Positions 1 to 10,329 of a stretch of DNA of 47,722 bases are shown in pieces. The position numbers and the translations under genes were made by a program. Each line of letters opens with the position of its first letter. Within the stretch, counting starts at the first letter, position 1. The DNA is taken from the sequence record SRR20825019_53; one strand, 5' to 3'. The notes beneath the pieces were generated by a model, which had not been told where the DNA came from, searched no databases, and saw only the letters and a list, made by a program, of their open reading frames with translations.

Positions 1-105
1 TGTATATCTAAAAAATTGTTTATTAACTTTTTAGATCATGCATCTGTTTTTACAACTTTATAAAGAATGTGTTTGGAAATATATACCTAAAAAAACTTGT
101 TTTAT
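1..105 (+). pseudogene. possible IS982-family transposase relic (fragment, truncated by window edge)
   Basis: Frame 1 reads CISKKLFINFLDHASVFTTL*, resembling the IS982 segment (DKG)YISKKLF..L..RG; lies just downstream of the tRNA-Leu 3' end; very short match. Confidence 0.3.
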
Positions 106-121
106 AATAAAATACATGTCA

Positions 122-207
122 TGGTACCCGCGGCCGGACTTGAACCGGCATGGGCTAATGCCCCACGGATTTTAAGTCCGTTATGTCTACCATTCCATCA
201 CGCGGGC
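122..207 (-). tRNA. tRNA-Leu (anticodon TAA)
   Basis: Reverse complement GCCCGCG...CGGAC-TTAAAA-TCCG, long variable arm, GGTTCAAGTCC T-loop, CGCGGGT-ACCA end. Confidence 0.97.
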
Positions 208-260
208 TTTTTAAGTAAGCTCAAGCTAGAAAATAGCCAAATTATGCAATAAATCAAGAT

Positions 261-950
261 TTATTCTAGTATATCTTTCATACTATATAAATTAGGCTTA
301 TTTTGTGAGTAGAGCCATAAAGCAGCTTTTATTGCACCTTCTGCAAATATAGATCTATTCAAAGCCTTGTGAGATATTGTAATTATTTCATTATTTCCCA
401 TAAGATGTATATCATGTATACCTGGAATATTACCTCCTTTTATACTTATATTATCTATTTTATTTATGCTATTTTTATCTTTAGGTAAGTTTTTAATAAT
501 TTGATCTTTTAAGAATAAAGAAGTACCTGATGGCTGATCAACTTTATTTTTATGGTGGATATCTAATATAGATATATCATATAGATCAGATATTATTTTT
601 GAGTAATTTTCTAATAATTTAGATATTAAATTTATACCTGTACTCATATTAGGGGAGTATAAGATAGGTATTTTTTTTGAGGCTTTATATATTTTTTCAA
701 CTTGTTTTTGATTATATCCAGTAGTACCTATAACAAGTTTAGTATTGTAAAAAGTTGAATATTTAAGTAAATCTTCTAGCAAGGAAGTACTGCTAAAGTC
801 AATTACCAATTTATTATTTTTACATAATTGTTCAATGCTATAATTTTTAGATTTAGTTTTAAGGTTAAAATATTGATGAATATTATTAATATTAATAATT
901 TCTTTGGCCATTTTGCCGTTTGAACTTGTAAGGCCAATATTTTTTAGCAT
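261..950 (-). CDS. dapB: 4-hydroxy-tetrahydrodipicolinate reductase
   Basis: IDFS, VIGTTG, SPNMSTG, HHKNKVDQPSGT, R..FAEGA..AA motifs. Confidence 0.95.
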   Translation of the reverse strand: MLKNIGLTSSNGKMAKEIININNIHQYFNLKTKSKNYSIEQLCKNNKLVIDFSSTSLLEDLLKYSTFYNTKLVIGTTGYNQKQVEKIYKASKKIPILYSPNMSTGINLISKLLENYSKIISDLYDISILDIHHKNKVDQPSGTSLFLKDQIIKNLPKDKNSINKIDNISIKGGNIPGIHDIHLMGNNEIITISHKALNRSIFAEGAIKAALWLYSQNKPNLYSMKDILE

Positions 951-997
951 TTTAAATATAATGAATTATTGAGAAAAATTAAAATTTGGTAATTATT

Positions 998-1459
998 TTA
1001 AAGGCCTTTTAGAATATTTATAATTTCAATATCTTTAAGTTTTGAACTACCCCTATTAATTAAGTAATTTCTGATTAACTCTATAATTTCTACTTTAAGA
1101 TTTGTAAGTATTTTATATTCTGATTTAGTTAGTAATTGATTAATTATTTCATTATTATGAGCTTTTTTATTGCTTAGAAATTCATCAAGTTCTTTTTGTT
1201 TTTGTATTAAAATATTAAAGCGAGATGTTTTACTTTCTTCTATAATTTTATTTGAATCAATTTCTGCTTTTTGAAGCTCATTTTTAATATGATTAAAATT
1301 GAATTCAGCTCTTGATTTTAGGCTTACTGATTTATCAATATTTTTTTTGATATTTTGTATTTTTAAATCTAAAATGCTAATAATATTTTTAATAAAAGAC
1401 CTAGAAGTAAGTGCAATAAATATTAAAAATATTATAGCATACCAAGTATATTCACTCAT
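998..1459 (-). CDS. atpF: F0F1 ATP synthase subunit b
   Basis: N-terminal TM segment plus long coiled coil; last gene of the atpI-B-E-F'-F cluster. Confidence 0.85.
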   Translation of the reverse strand: MSEYTWYAIIFLIFIALTSRSFIKNIISILDLKIQNIKKNIDKSVSLKSRAEFNFNHIKNELQKAEIDSNKIIEESKTSRFNILIQKQKELDEFLSNKKAHNNEIINQLLTKSEYKILTNLKVEIIELIRNYLINRGSSKLKDIEIINILKGL

Positions 1460-1950
1460 TATTTTTGATTTTCTTTTTGATTATAAATCTCATTTAACTC
1501 TTTAAAGCTAGGTTTAGACTTTAGAATTTTTTCAAGAATTAGAGATGAAATTTCTAAAACTATTTCTTTCTTATTAGAGTTTATAAGCTCTATTTTTCTA
1601 TCAATAGATTTTTTAGCTTCATTATATTCATTTTTTAATTCTATATTATGTTTATCTATTTTACTTTGAGCAATATTATTAAATTCAGATAACTTTTCAG
1701 AAAGCTTTGAATCTGATTCTTCATATGCATTTTTAATTAACTGTTTTGTTTGTACAGATAATTTTTCTGCTTCAATATTTAAATTCTCTGCTTCTTTAAT
1801 TTTCTTTTCTACAATATTTGCCCTTCTTTCAATTGTACCTATTAATCTTGGAAGAAAAAAATATTTTAACGAAGAATAAATAGATATAAAACAAAGCAAA
1901 AACCAAAAAACTTGGGATGGGTAATATAAAATATTTAATTGCGGTAGCAT
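1459..1950 (-). CDS. atpF2: F0F1 ATP synthase subunit b'
   Basis: MLPQLN...YPSQVFW N-terminus typical of alphaproteobacterial b'; LPR motif then coiled coil. Confidence 0.9.
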   Translation of the reverse strand: MLPQLNILYYPSQVFWFLLCFISIYSSLKYFFLPRLIGTIERRANIVEKKIKEAENLNIEAEKLSVQTKQLIKNAYEESDSKLSEKLSEFNNIAQSKIDKHNIELKNEYNEAKKSIDRKIELINSNKKEIVLEISSLILEKILKSKPSFKELNEIYNQKENQK

Positions 1951-1966
1951 TATATACCACAGAAAA

Positions 1967-2191
1967 TTAAATAAAAATTAGTAAAATAGCTATTACAAAA
2001 GAAAAAAGTCCCATAGCTTCTGCAAGACCCGCTCCAATAAACGCCATTTTTTGAAGTTGATCTGCAGCTGATGGATTTCTTGCTGTAGCCCCAAGAAGTG
2101 CTGTAAAAATACTACCAATACTAATAGCAGCACCGCACATCCCAATTGACATAAGTCCTATTCCTATATATTTCAAAGATACTATATCCAT
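1967..2191 (-). CDS. atpE: F0F1 ATP synthase subunit c
   Basis: 74 aa, ARNP loop, proton-binding Glu in GLAEAMGLF. Confidence 0.98.
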   Translation of the reverse strand: MDIVSLKYIGIGLMSIGMCGAAISIGSIFTALLGATARNPSAADQLQKMAFIGAGLAEAMGLFSFVIAILLIFI

Positions 2192-2221
2192 TATAACCTC
2201 AAATTTAATAATATAAAATTT

Positions 2222-2947
2222 CTAGTGCATATTTATTGCATCATTTAAATAAACGCAAGCTAAAATTGCAAAAATATAAGCCTGTAGTATAGAGATAAAA
2301 ATTTCAAATCCAATTAAAATCACAATTAAAGGAATTGGAATGGGATTTATTACTGAAGATGATATGATAAAACCTGCTATTACTTTAATAAGAATATGTC
2401 CTGCCATCATGTTAGCACTTAATCTTAGTGATAGGCTTACTGGCTTTGATATAAATCCAAAAAATTCAATTATAATCATTAAAGGACTAAGCCATAATGG
2501 AGTACCGCTTGGTAAAAATAATTTAAAAAATTTTAAACCATTATATGTAAATCCAGTAATAATTATTACTATAAAAAGTAATAGTCCAAGTGAATATGTT
2601 ACTGATATATGGCTTGTAGCAGTAAAACTATATGGCAGCATCCCTAGAATATTACAAAGTAAAACAAATAAAAAAATACTAAAAATTAAAGGTATAAATT
2701 TTCTGTTCTTTGAACCTAAATTAGAATCTATCATCTCAGTGATGATTTCAACTAGATATTCTGCAGCCATTTGTAATCTTCCAGGTATGATCTTACTTCT
2801 AATTGTTGAAGCTATGAAAAAAAACATAATCATAAAAACTGAAATGCTCATAACTAAACTTGAATTAGTATATGGAAGGTATAATTTTCCTAATGAAAAA
2901 TCTATTAAAGATTTTAATTCAAACTGACTTAACGGGTTTTTTGACAT
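2222..2947 (-). CDS. atpB: F0F1 ATP synthase subunit a
   Basis: NPLSQF, PGRLQ, SLSLRLSANMMAGH, ILQAYIF motifs. Confidence 0.98.
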   Translation of the reverse strand: MSKNPLSQFELKSLIDFSLGKLYLPYTNSSLVMSISVFMIMFFFIASTIRSKIIPGRLQMAAEYLVEIITEMIDSNLGSKNRKFIPLIFSIFLFVLLCNILGMLPYSFTATSHISVTYSLGLLLFIVIIITGFTYNGLKFFKLFLPSGTPLWLSPLMIIIEFFGFISKPVSLSLRLSANMMAGHILIKVIAGFIISSSVINPIPIPLIVILIGFEIFISILQAYIFAILACVYLNDAINMH

Positions 2948-2954
2948 TATAATA

Positions 2955-3215
2955 TTATTTTATTTTAAATAAATTTTTAAATCCTGAAATAAATCCTAGT
3001 ATTGAAGAAATTATTATAAATATTGGTTTGGTACCTATTTGGCCATCTATGATATATCCAATAATGAGTCCAACTATAGTTCCAGAAAATACTTCAACAG
3101 CTACTATATAGTTATCATTAGAAGTTTTTTCTATATTATTATTTTTGTTTTTAATATTTTTTTTTAATTCAGAAATTTCATCTTTTAATTTTTTTGTCTC
3201 ATTTTTTTGAAGCAT
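2955..3215 (-). CDS. atpI: AtpZ/AtpI family protein (start moved to ATG 3215)
   Basis: E..SG.IVG..IGY.ID...GTKP.F...G...GF.N pattern; directly upstream of atpB. Confidence 0.85.
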   Translation of the reverse strand: MLQKNETKKLKDEISELKKNIKNKNNNIEKTSNDNYIVAVEVFSGTIVGLIIGYIIDGQIGTKPIFIIISSILGFISGFKNLFKIK

Positions 3216-3216
3216 A

Positions 3217-4449
3217 TTATTTTTTATATTTTGAAATTTCTGAATCAATATTCTTAGATAGCTCTTCAAGACTATATGAACTTTTATATATAGATTCACC
3301 TATAAAAAATGTTGGCGTACCAACAAATTCAGGATGTTGAGTAACTTCTCTTGTAGCTACAAATAGCGCTTCTCTTAGATCTGTATTTCTAAGACATTGC
3401 TTATATTTTTCTTCAGATACCCCTCCAAGTTTTGCAATGTTAAATAAAAGGTTAATATAATTACTATTAAACGCCCAAGCATCCTGCTGAGTATATAGAA
3501 CATCTAAAAATTTTAAAAATTTATCAGGTTCTGCACAATGAGCAAGTATTACAGCATCCTGATCCTGTTTTGTACCGATAAATTCTCTTATAACATAAGC
3601 TATTTTTTTAGTATCAATATATCTCTTTTTAATATCAGGGAAGATATATTTTCTGAAATATGAGCAATGCGGGCATGTAGGAGAAGAATATTCGAATACT
3701 CTTACTTTTGAATTTTTATCACCAAGGATAATATCATGCTTTTTAAACATATATAAAGCATTTTTATTTTTATTCTCAGGATTATCTAAATCATTAATTT
3801 CTTCATTATGTTTAAAAATCTCAATATCTTTTTTTTCATTTTCTCTGATATTGTTTCTGTTTAAAGGTTTTACAACATTTTTGTTTATATCTAGTATATT
3901 TGTTTGAGTCTTTGTTTTTTGATTAATTTCTTTTTCTGTAGAATTTTTATTAATTTTTACAGTTTTTTCATTATTTAGATTTTTGTTTTTGTCATTTTTT
4001 AATGTTTTTCCGCTTTTTATTAATTCATGATTTTGTGTTATTTTTTGATTTGTTACTAATTCATTATTTTTTATATTGTTTGTATTTTTGTTGTTATTAT
4101 CTTCTTTATTTCTATCAAACTTTTCTTTTTTCTCATTAATTTTGGCCTCTTCTAATTTTTTTAATTTAGTATCTTTTTCTTTATTTATAATATTATCACT
4201 ATTTGTAATTGAGGGGGAGCTAGATTGATTAGTTTCAACTTCATATTTGGTGTTGTTATCATTATCAATTTTATTTGTAATGTTATCTTTTTGTTCCGGA
4301 TCATTTTTTATATCTTTAATTCCAGAACATTCTCTGACTTTATTAGTGTATTCGTTGATTTGTTTTTGGGCTGGAGTTTTAAAGCTAGGTCCTTCCATAA
4401 ACCCCTGTAGTAAAAAACTAAAAATAGCAAGTTTTATAAATTTTCTCAT
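3217..4449 (-). CDS. DsbA-family thioredoxin-domain protein with signal peptide and long low-complexity linker (start moved to ATG 4449)
   Basis: LGDKNSKVRVFEYSSPTCPHC active site, GTPTF cis-Pro loop; same position as the DsbA-like gene upstream of the F0 genes in Rickettsia. Confidence 0.9.
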   Translation of the reverse strand: MRKFIKLAIFSFLLQGFMEGPSFKTPAQKQINEYTNKVRECSGIKDIKNDPEQKDNITNKIDNDNNTKYEVETNQSSSPSITNSDNIINKEKDTKLKKLEEAKINEKKEKFDRNKEDNNNKNTNNIKNNELVTNQKITQNHELIKSGKTLKNDKNKNLNNEKTVKINKNSTEKEINQKTKTQTNILDINKNVVKPLNRNNIRENEKKDIEIFKHNEEINDLDNPENKNKNALYMFKKHDIILGDKNSKVRVFEYSSPTCPHCSYFRKYIFPDIKKRYIDTKKIAYVIREFIGTKQDQDAVILAHCAEPDKFLKFLDVLYTQQDAWAFNSNYINLLFNIAKLGGVSEEKYKQCLRNTDLREALFVATREVTQHPEFVGTPTFFIGESIYKSSYSLEELSKNIDSEISKYKK

Positions 4450-4569
4450 AATAACGATGAATAAATTAAAAGCGGCATTATAATATTTTTTTAGATACAA
4501 AAATCAATTATTAAATAATAATAATTTTATATTAATTTAAAACTATAAAAATAATTTAAAATATATTTA

Positions 4570-7233
4570 TTAAATGTTATCTCTTAAGGCTTTTTGTAAT
4601 ATTGATCCATTAAATATTAGGTCCATTTCATACTCTGTATATACTTCAAGTTTAAGCTTAATGTTTTTATCTTCATTTTGAATATTTTTAATTGAGCATT
4701 GTAATTCAGACAAAGGTAGAATTTTACTATCTATTTTTTCTAAATTAATTATTTCGCTGCCATCAAGTTTAGATATATCAAGATCTTTTTCTTGATAGCT
4801 AAGTGGTATAACACCCATTCCTATTAGATTAGATCTGTGGATTCTTTCAAAGTTTATTGCAATTACTGCTTTCACTCCTAGAAGTGAGGTTCCTTTAGCT
4901 GCCCAATCTCTTGATGACCCCGTTCCATATTCTTTACCAGCAAATATTACAAGGGGAGTTTTTTGTTTTAAGTATAATTTTGATGCTTGATATATACTCA
5001 TATCTTTGCCATCAGGATAATATTTAGTATAACCACCTTTTGATTCAGGGCATATTTTATTTTCAAGACGAATATTTGCAAGTGTTCCTCTGATCATTAA
5101 TTCATGATTTCCTCTTCTAGAACCATAGGAGTTAAAATTTTCTGAATTTATATTTTTAGATTTAAGATATTTACCAGCTTCAGAATTTAAGGGGATAAAT
5201 CCTGCAGGAGATATATGATCTGTTGTGATGGAATCGCCAAGTATTGCAAGAATTCTTGCATTTTTAATAGATATATTTGAATCCATATTAGGAGTAAACT
5301 CATCTAAGTAAGGAGGTTTTTTTATATAATTATTATCTTTATCCCATTTGTAAGATTTGTATTCTGGGATTTTAATAGAATTCCAAAATTCATCACCTTT
5401 ATAAATATCTTTATAATTTTCTTTATAAAAGTCTGGATTATTAATTTTAGATAATTCTCTTTCAATTTCTTTAAGGGGTGGCCATAAATCTTTTAGAGTA
5501 ATTTTTTTTTCATCATTTTGATTGAAATTAGCATTAGTTATATCAATATCTATTCTACCAAGTAACGAATATGCAATAACAAGAGGAGGGGAGGCTAAAT
5601 AATTAGCTTTAATATGCGGATGAATTCTTCCTTCGAAATTTCTATTACCTGATAATATTGAAGCTACTGTTAAATTTTGAGAAATAATTTTTTCTGATAT
5701 ACCCTGTTTTAGGTCACCAGAATTACCAATGCAAGTTGTGCATCCATATCCAACTATGTTAAATCCCAGTTTTTCAAGATAAAAATCAAGACCTAATTTT
5801 TTTAAATACTCAGTGACTACTTTAGATCCAGGAGCAATTGAGGTTTTAATCCATTTTTTTGGATATATTCCAAGCCTGTAAGCCTTTTTAGCAAGAAGTC
5901 CTGCTGCTATCATCACAGAAGGGTTGGAAGTATTTGTACAGCTGGTAATTGCTGCAAGAACTATGCTTCCATCATTTATGTCATTTACTATTTGTTTTTT
6001 GATATTAGTATTTTCTGTATTATAATTTTGTATAAAATTATTTTTAGTTTGATTAAGTAACACAAGATCTTGAGGCCTTTTAGGTCCTGATATACATGGT
6101 GAGATTTCAGTTAAATCTATTTCAATTAGATTTTTATTTGGCTTAAAGTTATTGTCATTCCATAAATTATTTATTTTTAAATATTTTTCAACTAATTCTA
6201 TATGATTTTTTGATCTACCTGTTGAATGCATATATTTTATAGTCTCTTCATCTGCAGGGAAATATCCACATGTTGCTCCATATTCAGGAGCCATATTGGA
6301 AATAGTTGCTCTATCTTGAAGAGAAAATAATTTTACAGATGGCCCTATAAATTCAACCATTTTACCTACTACATTTAGTTTTCTTAGTTTTTCTGTAATA
6401 TGTAATACTATATCTGTTGCTGTTATACCTGGCTTAATTTTCCCTATAAAATAAACAATAGCAATTTCTGGTATTTTTATATTTAATGGGAAACCTAGCA
6501 TTGCAGATTCTGCTTCAATTCCACCAACTCCCCATCCAAGAATAGATAAACCATTAATCATAGTTGTATGACTATCTGTTCCTACAAGTGTATCTGGATA
6601 TATTATTTTTTTATTTTCTATTTCTTTAATAGATGCAATTTCTGCTAAATATTCTAAGTTAATTTGGTGGCATATACCTTTTCCTGGGGGAACTAGTTTG
6701 AGCTTATTTATATTTTGCTGACACCATTTTAGAAATTTATATCTTTCATAATTTTGTTCATACTCTTTTTTTAAGTTATATATTTGAGCGTTATTAGTAC
6801 CAGAATAAATTGCATTTACAGAGTGATCTACTACTAGAGTTACTGGTATTTTTAGACTTAGTTTATTGGTCTTTATATTCAATTTGCTAGCTGTTTCTTG
6901 AATGGTTGCAAAATCTACAAGAGCAGGAACGCCAGTAAAATCCTGCATGAGAATTCTAGATGGATAAAATTCAATATTAGTATCTTTAAAGTTACTATTA
7001 AAAAAATCTTTTATAATATTGGGGCTTTCTTTTTGTTTGACCTTTTCTAGATTTTTACTGTTTAAATTTATTTTAAAATTTCTTAGGATATTTTCTAAAA
7101 TAATTCTTTTAGTATAGGGTATTGTATTTATATCAACATTATTTTCTTGGCATGCTTTTTTGATATCATAATATTGATAATTTACATCTTTTATATTAAA
7201 GTTAGATAAATAAAATTCTTTATCTTGGGGCAT
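4570..7233 (-). CDS. acnA: aconitate hydratase A
   Basis: QDFTGVP, GICHQ, GTDSHT, ITSCTNTSNP, GCTTCIGNSG, TTDHISPAG, GSSRDWAAKG. Confidence 0.98.
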   Translation of the reverse strand: MPQDKEFYLSNFNIKDVNYQYYDIKKACQENNVDINTIPYTKRIILENILRNFKINLNSKNLEKVKQKESPNIIKDFFNSNFKDTNIEFYPSRILMQDFTGVPALVDFATIQETASKLNIKTNKLSLKIPVTLVVDHSVNAIYSGTNNAQIYNLKKEYEQNYERYKFLKWCQQNINKLKLVPPGKGICHQINLEYLAEIASIKEIENKKIIYPDTLVGTDSHTTMINGLSILGWGVGGIEAESAMLGFPLNIKIPEIAIVYFIGKIKPGITATDIVLHITEKLRKLNVVGKMVEFIGPSVKLFSLQDRATISNMAPEYGATCGYFPADEETIKYMHSTGRSKNHIELVEKYLKINNLWNDNNFKPNKNLIEIDLTEISPCISGPKRPQDLVLLNQTKNNFIQNYNTENTNIKKQIVNDINDGSIVLAAITSCTNTSNPSVMIAAGLLAKKAYRLGIYPKKWIKTSIAPGSKVVTEYLKKLGLDFYLEKLGFNIVGYGCTTCIGNSGDLKQGISEKIISQNLTVASILSGNRNFEGRIHPHIKANYLASPPLVIAYSLLGRIDIDITNANFNQNDEKKITLKDLWPPLKEIERELSKINNPDFYKENYKDIYKGDEFWNSIKIPEYKSYKWDKDNNYIKKPPYLDEFTPNMDSNISIKNARILAILGDSITTDHISPAGFIPLNSEAGKYLKSKNINSENFNSYGSRRGNHELMIRGTLANIRLENKICPESKGGYTKYYPDGKDMSIYQASKLYLKQKTPLVIFAGKEYGTGSSRDWAAKGTSLLGVKAVIAINFERIHRSNLIGMGVIPLSYQEKDLDISKLDGSEIINLEKIDSKILPLSELQCSIKNIQNEDKNIKLKLEVYTEYEMDLIFNGSILQKALRDNI

Positions 7234-7380
7234 ATAGTTAGTTATATAAGTTAATAGAATATTTTAAATTTAGTATTAAATATTTAGTTTAGTTATAGAT
7301 TAGTTTTATGCAAGTAAAAACTTGATATATAAAAAAGAAGATTTATTTTCAAAAAAACTATATTTAAATTTATAATATTC

Positions 7381-8022
7381 ATGTTAACATGTTATAAAGC
7401 AGGGATTAAAATTGGAAATGAATTTCTATTTAGAAATATTTCATTTACATTAATGCCTGGATCTTGTGTATATTTAAATGGAAAAAATGGAAGCGGTAAA
7501 ACATCCTTACTAAGATCAATTGCGGGAGTTAGGGATATTGATGAGGGTGAAATTTTATTTCAAACTTTAGAAAGTAACTTAAGATTTATTAAAAGGGATA
7601 TAAATCAAAATTTATCAAATAATTATCCTATCATAAATTACATTGCTCACGATATTGGTGTTGAATTAGATTTTAGCGTGAATGATAATTTAAAATTTTG
7701 GTCAAGATATTTTAATAGTCAAAAAGCGTATGAAGCAGTAATTGAATTTTTTAATTTAAAAAATATTATTCATGAAAAATTACATAATCTTTCAAGAGGT
7801 ACTCAGAAAAGGGTTGCTATTGCTAGGTTAATGCTAATTCCTTCTTCAGTTTGGATACTTGATGAAATAGAAGTTAATATGGATAGTGAAGCATTAAGTA
7901 TGTTATATAATTGTATTATTACTAAGCTAGGTACTGGAGGTATTATTATAATATCTTCTTCTAAAAAAATTAATGCTTTTAATTTTTACCGGATTGATAT
8001 GGATGCTTTTAAAATTAGATAA
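7381..8022 (+). CDS. ccmA: heme ABC exporter ATP-binding protein CcmA
   Basis: Walker A GKNGSGKT, V.DNL.FW, LSRG.QKR, WILDE; followed by a CcmB-like membrane gene. Confidence 0.88.
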   Translation: MLTCYKAGIKIGNEFLFRNISFTLMPGSCVYLNGKNGSGKTSLLRSIAGVRDIDEGEILFQTLESNLRFIKRDINQNLSNNYPIINYIAHDIGVELDFSVNDNLKFWSRYFNSQKAYEAVIEFFNLKNIIHEKLHNLSRGTQKRVAIARLMLIPSSVWILDEIEVNMDSEALSMLYNCIITKLGTGGIIIISSSKKINAFNFYRIDMDAFKIR

Positions 8023-8053
8023 TTATTAAATACAAGATATTTTAGATTTCATT

Positions 8054-8686
8054 ATGATCAGGTTTCATATAAAAATATTGTCAGAAGTTTATTCTGTAGT
8101 TAAACAAATTTTGTCATATTTAGTTATATGTTTATTTTGTTTTTCTTTTATCTTAGATGCTGAAATTCTCAGAAACGTTATTAAAGGGAGTTATATAATT
8201 TTATTTCCAATTTTTTTAATTAGTTTTTCTCAAGATGTTATAAGAGGATATAAAAATAATGGCATTTTGGAATCAATAGCTACAAATATAAGTACAAATA
8301 AAATATTAATAGATTTTTATATATCTTTATGTTTGGTATTTTTTGCTACACAATTAATTTCTGCAATTATAATATCAATTTTATACGAGTTTAATATAGT
8401 TGAGTTATTTTATTTAATTTATGTATCCCTTCTTAACTTATTACTTGCAAGTGCTATTACTGTTTTTAATAATGTTATAACGGCATTTTTTAATAAAAAA
8501 GTAGTTTTTTCTTATTTATTTATAATGCCGCTTATTATACCAAATCTTATCTTATCAGGAATTTCTATCTGTGATGTTTCAAATTATTATAATTATTTAT
8601 TAATAATACTTGGTTTAAATTTAATATTAATTCCATTTTTATATTTGCTTTCAAGTTATATTTTTAAAGATATATATAAAGTTTGA
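8054..8686 (+). CDS. ccmB: heme exporter permease CcmB (divergent)
   Basis: About six TM segments, G.LE and MPLIIP.LI motifs, directly after ccmA. Confidence 0.75.
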   Translation: MIRFHIKILSEVYSVVKQILSYLVICLFCFSFILDAEILRNVIKGSYIILFPIFLISFSQDVIRGYKNNGILESIATNISTNKILIDFYISLCLVFFATQLISAIIISILYEFNIVELFYLIYVSLLNLLLASAITVFNNVITAFFNKKVVFSYLFIMPLIIPNLILSGISICDVSNYYNYLLIILGLNLILIPFLYLLSSYIFKDIYKV

Positions 8687-8803
8687 ATATATGTAGATAA
8701 TATTAATATTTAATAAATTTTAATTACAGAAATAGTAAAAAATAAATTGTTTTATCAGTTATGGTTGTTTAGAATTAATAATCATTATTAGAAGTTAATT
8801 ATT

Positions 8804-9205
8804 ATGGGCGGATTATTTAATAAGTTTCTATATATTTCTTTAAGGTTATATAGATATCTTTTTAAAAGTAAGATGGGACTTTTTGTTTATGCTATTTTTA
8901 CCAAATGGTACATGATGGTCACTATAGGAAGTATTATAGTTACATTTTTAGTATTTCAGGGGTTTTTTAAATTGGGTATAATTCAAAAGGCTGAAAAAGT
9001 TATGATACATGCTATAAATTCAGCAAAAGCAATTTCTTATGAGTGCGTGCCTAAAATATTAAGAATAGGAGAATTTTGGTATTGTATGCAGAATGCTGGA
9101 GATTATAAGGAAACTGATGAAGAAAAAAAATTATATGAATATGGAGATAAGATTCAAAAAAATATCATTCAGGATGATAATCTTAACAATCCTTATTCAC
9201 AATAA
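8804..9205 (+). CDS. Rickettsiaceae conserved membrane protein (DUF2670-like)
   Basis: MG.F..AI.TKWY, KA....C..K, FW.C...G.Y and C-terminal NPY pattern recalled from the Rickettsia DUF2670 family. Confidence 0.7.
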   Translation: MGGLFNKFLYISLRLYRYLFKSKMGLFVYAIFTKWYMMVTIGSIIVTFLVFQGFFKLGIIQKAEKVMIHAINSAKAISYECVPKILRIGEFWYCMQNAGDYKETDEEKKLYEYGDKIQKNIIQDDNLNNPYSQ

Positions 9206-9240
9206 TTATATCTATGAGCTATAATATAATTTTTTAATAT

Positions 9241-10329
9241 TTACTTTTTTCTGTGAAATAGGCTCACTGAAATTATCGAAAATGGAAATAAATACATCAA
9301 TATATAGCATGACTTATGAAGGCTCGACATTTTTTGTAATCCAAAATGTATAATACATAGTAAAATTGATATAAATAAAGCTATAATGTAATTTTTGTAA
9401 GAAGTTTTTCTGCTATAGGGGGCTTTAACCAGAATTTCAAAACATATCACTGAAAGTACTAGATTATAAAATGGCCATGTAAGCCTCATATGTCCTTCTG
9501 ATATTAATTTTAATTTGTCTTTTTCATTATATTCTTTATCTGGGTATATCAAATCTTTAATGTAATATTCATAAAGATTTTTAATAATTAACTGAGATTT
9601 TTCATCAAAATCATATTTTGGTATTAAGCTTACTTGCATTTTATTAAATCTAATATTGTGACAATTTCCTCTACTATCTACTGATTGGTGATATCCATTA
9701 TTTAAAGTTATATGAGGTCTAGATTCAAGAAGCTCAACTCTGCATTCTTGTGCAAAATATAATAATGGACTTTTATCACTTTTATCAATTATTACTATAC
9801 CTTCAAAATGATTAGCAGATTTTTTCTTTTCAACATATATAGTCATATGTTTAGTTATGCTATTAAATAATTTTTCTTGTACGAAATTAGCAGAGATGTA
9901 ATTATTTTTAAAATTATTAATTTTTTCTTTAAGAAGTAAAAAAGATTGGGGTAGCAGTAAAAAAGTTATTAAATATGAAATTAGGGATATTATTGTCATG
10001 AATAAAATAAATGGTTTTAATATTTGCCTGCTACTAATCCCTAGTGAGTATAATGCAATTAATTCACGAGAATTATGCATTTTATTATAGATATTTAAAG
10101 TAGTTACTACTGCTATTAATGGAGATACTATATAGATAATAGAAGGAATTATTAAAAATGATGTCATAAATAATTCAATAACTCCAACACCTTTATTAAT
10201 TAATTCAAAAAATTTTAATATTTGAATCAGCCATACAAGCCCAACAAGAATAATTAGTAATGAACAGTAGGGAAATATAATATTTTTGAATATATATCTT
10301 TGGTATAAATATTTTATACTATTAATCAT
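9241..10329 (-). CDS. lptF: LPS export permease, LptF/LptG family
   Basis: Three TM + periplasmic beta domain + three TM; ELIAL.S.GIS motif; E.H.RL..P. Confidence 0.88.
   Translation of the reverse strand: MINSIKYLYQRYIFKNIIFPYCSLLIILVGLVWLIQILKFFELINKGVGVIELFMTSFLIIPSIIYIVSPLIAVVTTLNIYNKMHNSRELIALYSLGISSRQILKPFILFMTIISLISYLITFLLLPQSFLLLKEKINNFKNNYISANFVQEKLFNSITKHMTIYVEKKKSANHFEGIVIIDKSDKSPLLYFAQECRVELLESRPHITLNNGYHQSVDSRGNCHNIRFNKMQVSLIPKYDFDEKSQLIIKNLYEYYIKDLIYPDKEYNEKDKLKLISEGHMRLTWPFYNLVLSVICFEILVKAPYSRKTSYKNYIIALFISILLCIIHFGLQKMSSLHKSCYILMYLFPFSIISVSLFHRKK

Noticed and set aside
2340-2927. 195-aa ORF antisense to atpB
   Set aside because: Lies wholly opposite a conserved gene, is I/K/N-rich as expected for the mirror of hydrophobic codons, and has no motif; shadow ORF
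3216-3299. Long 5' extension of atpI given by the ORF track (likewise for the dsbA-like gene, mtaB, rplJ and rplL)
   Set aside because: Extensions overlap upstream genes or precede the family N-terminus; downstream ATGs fit better
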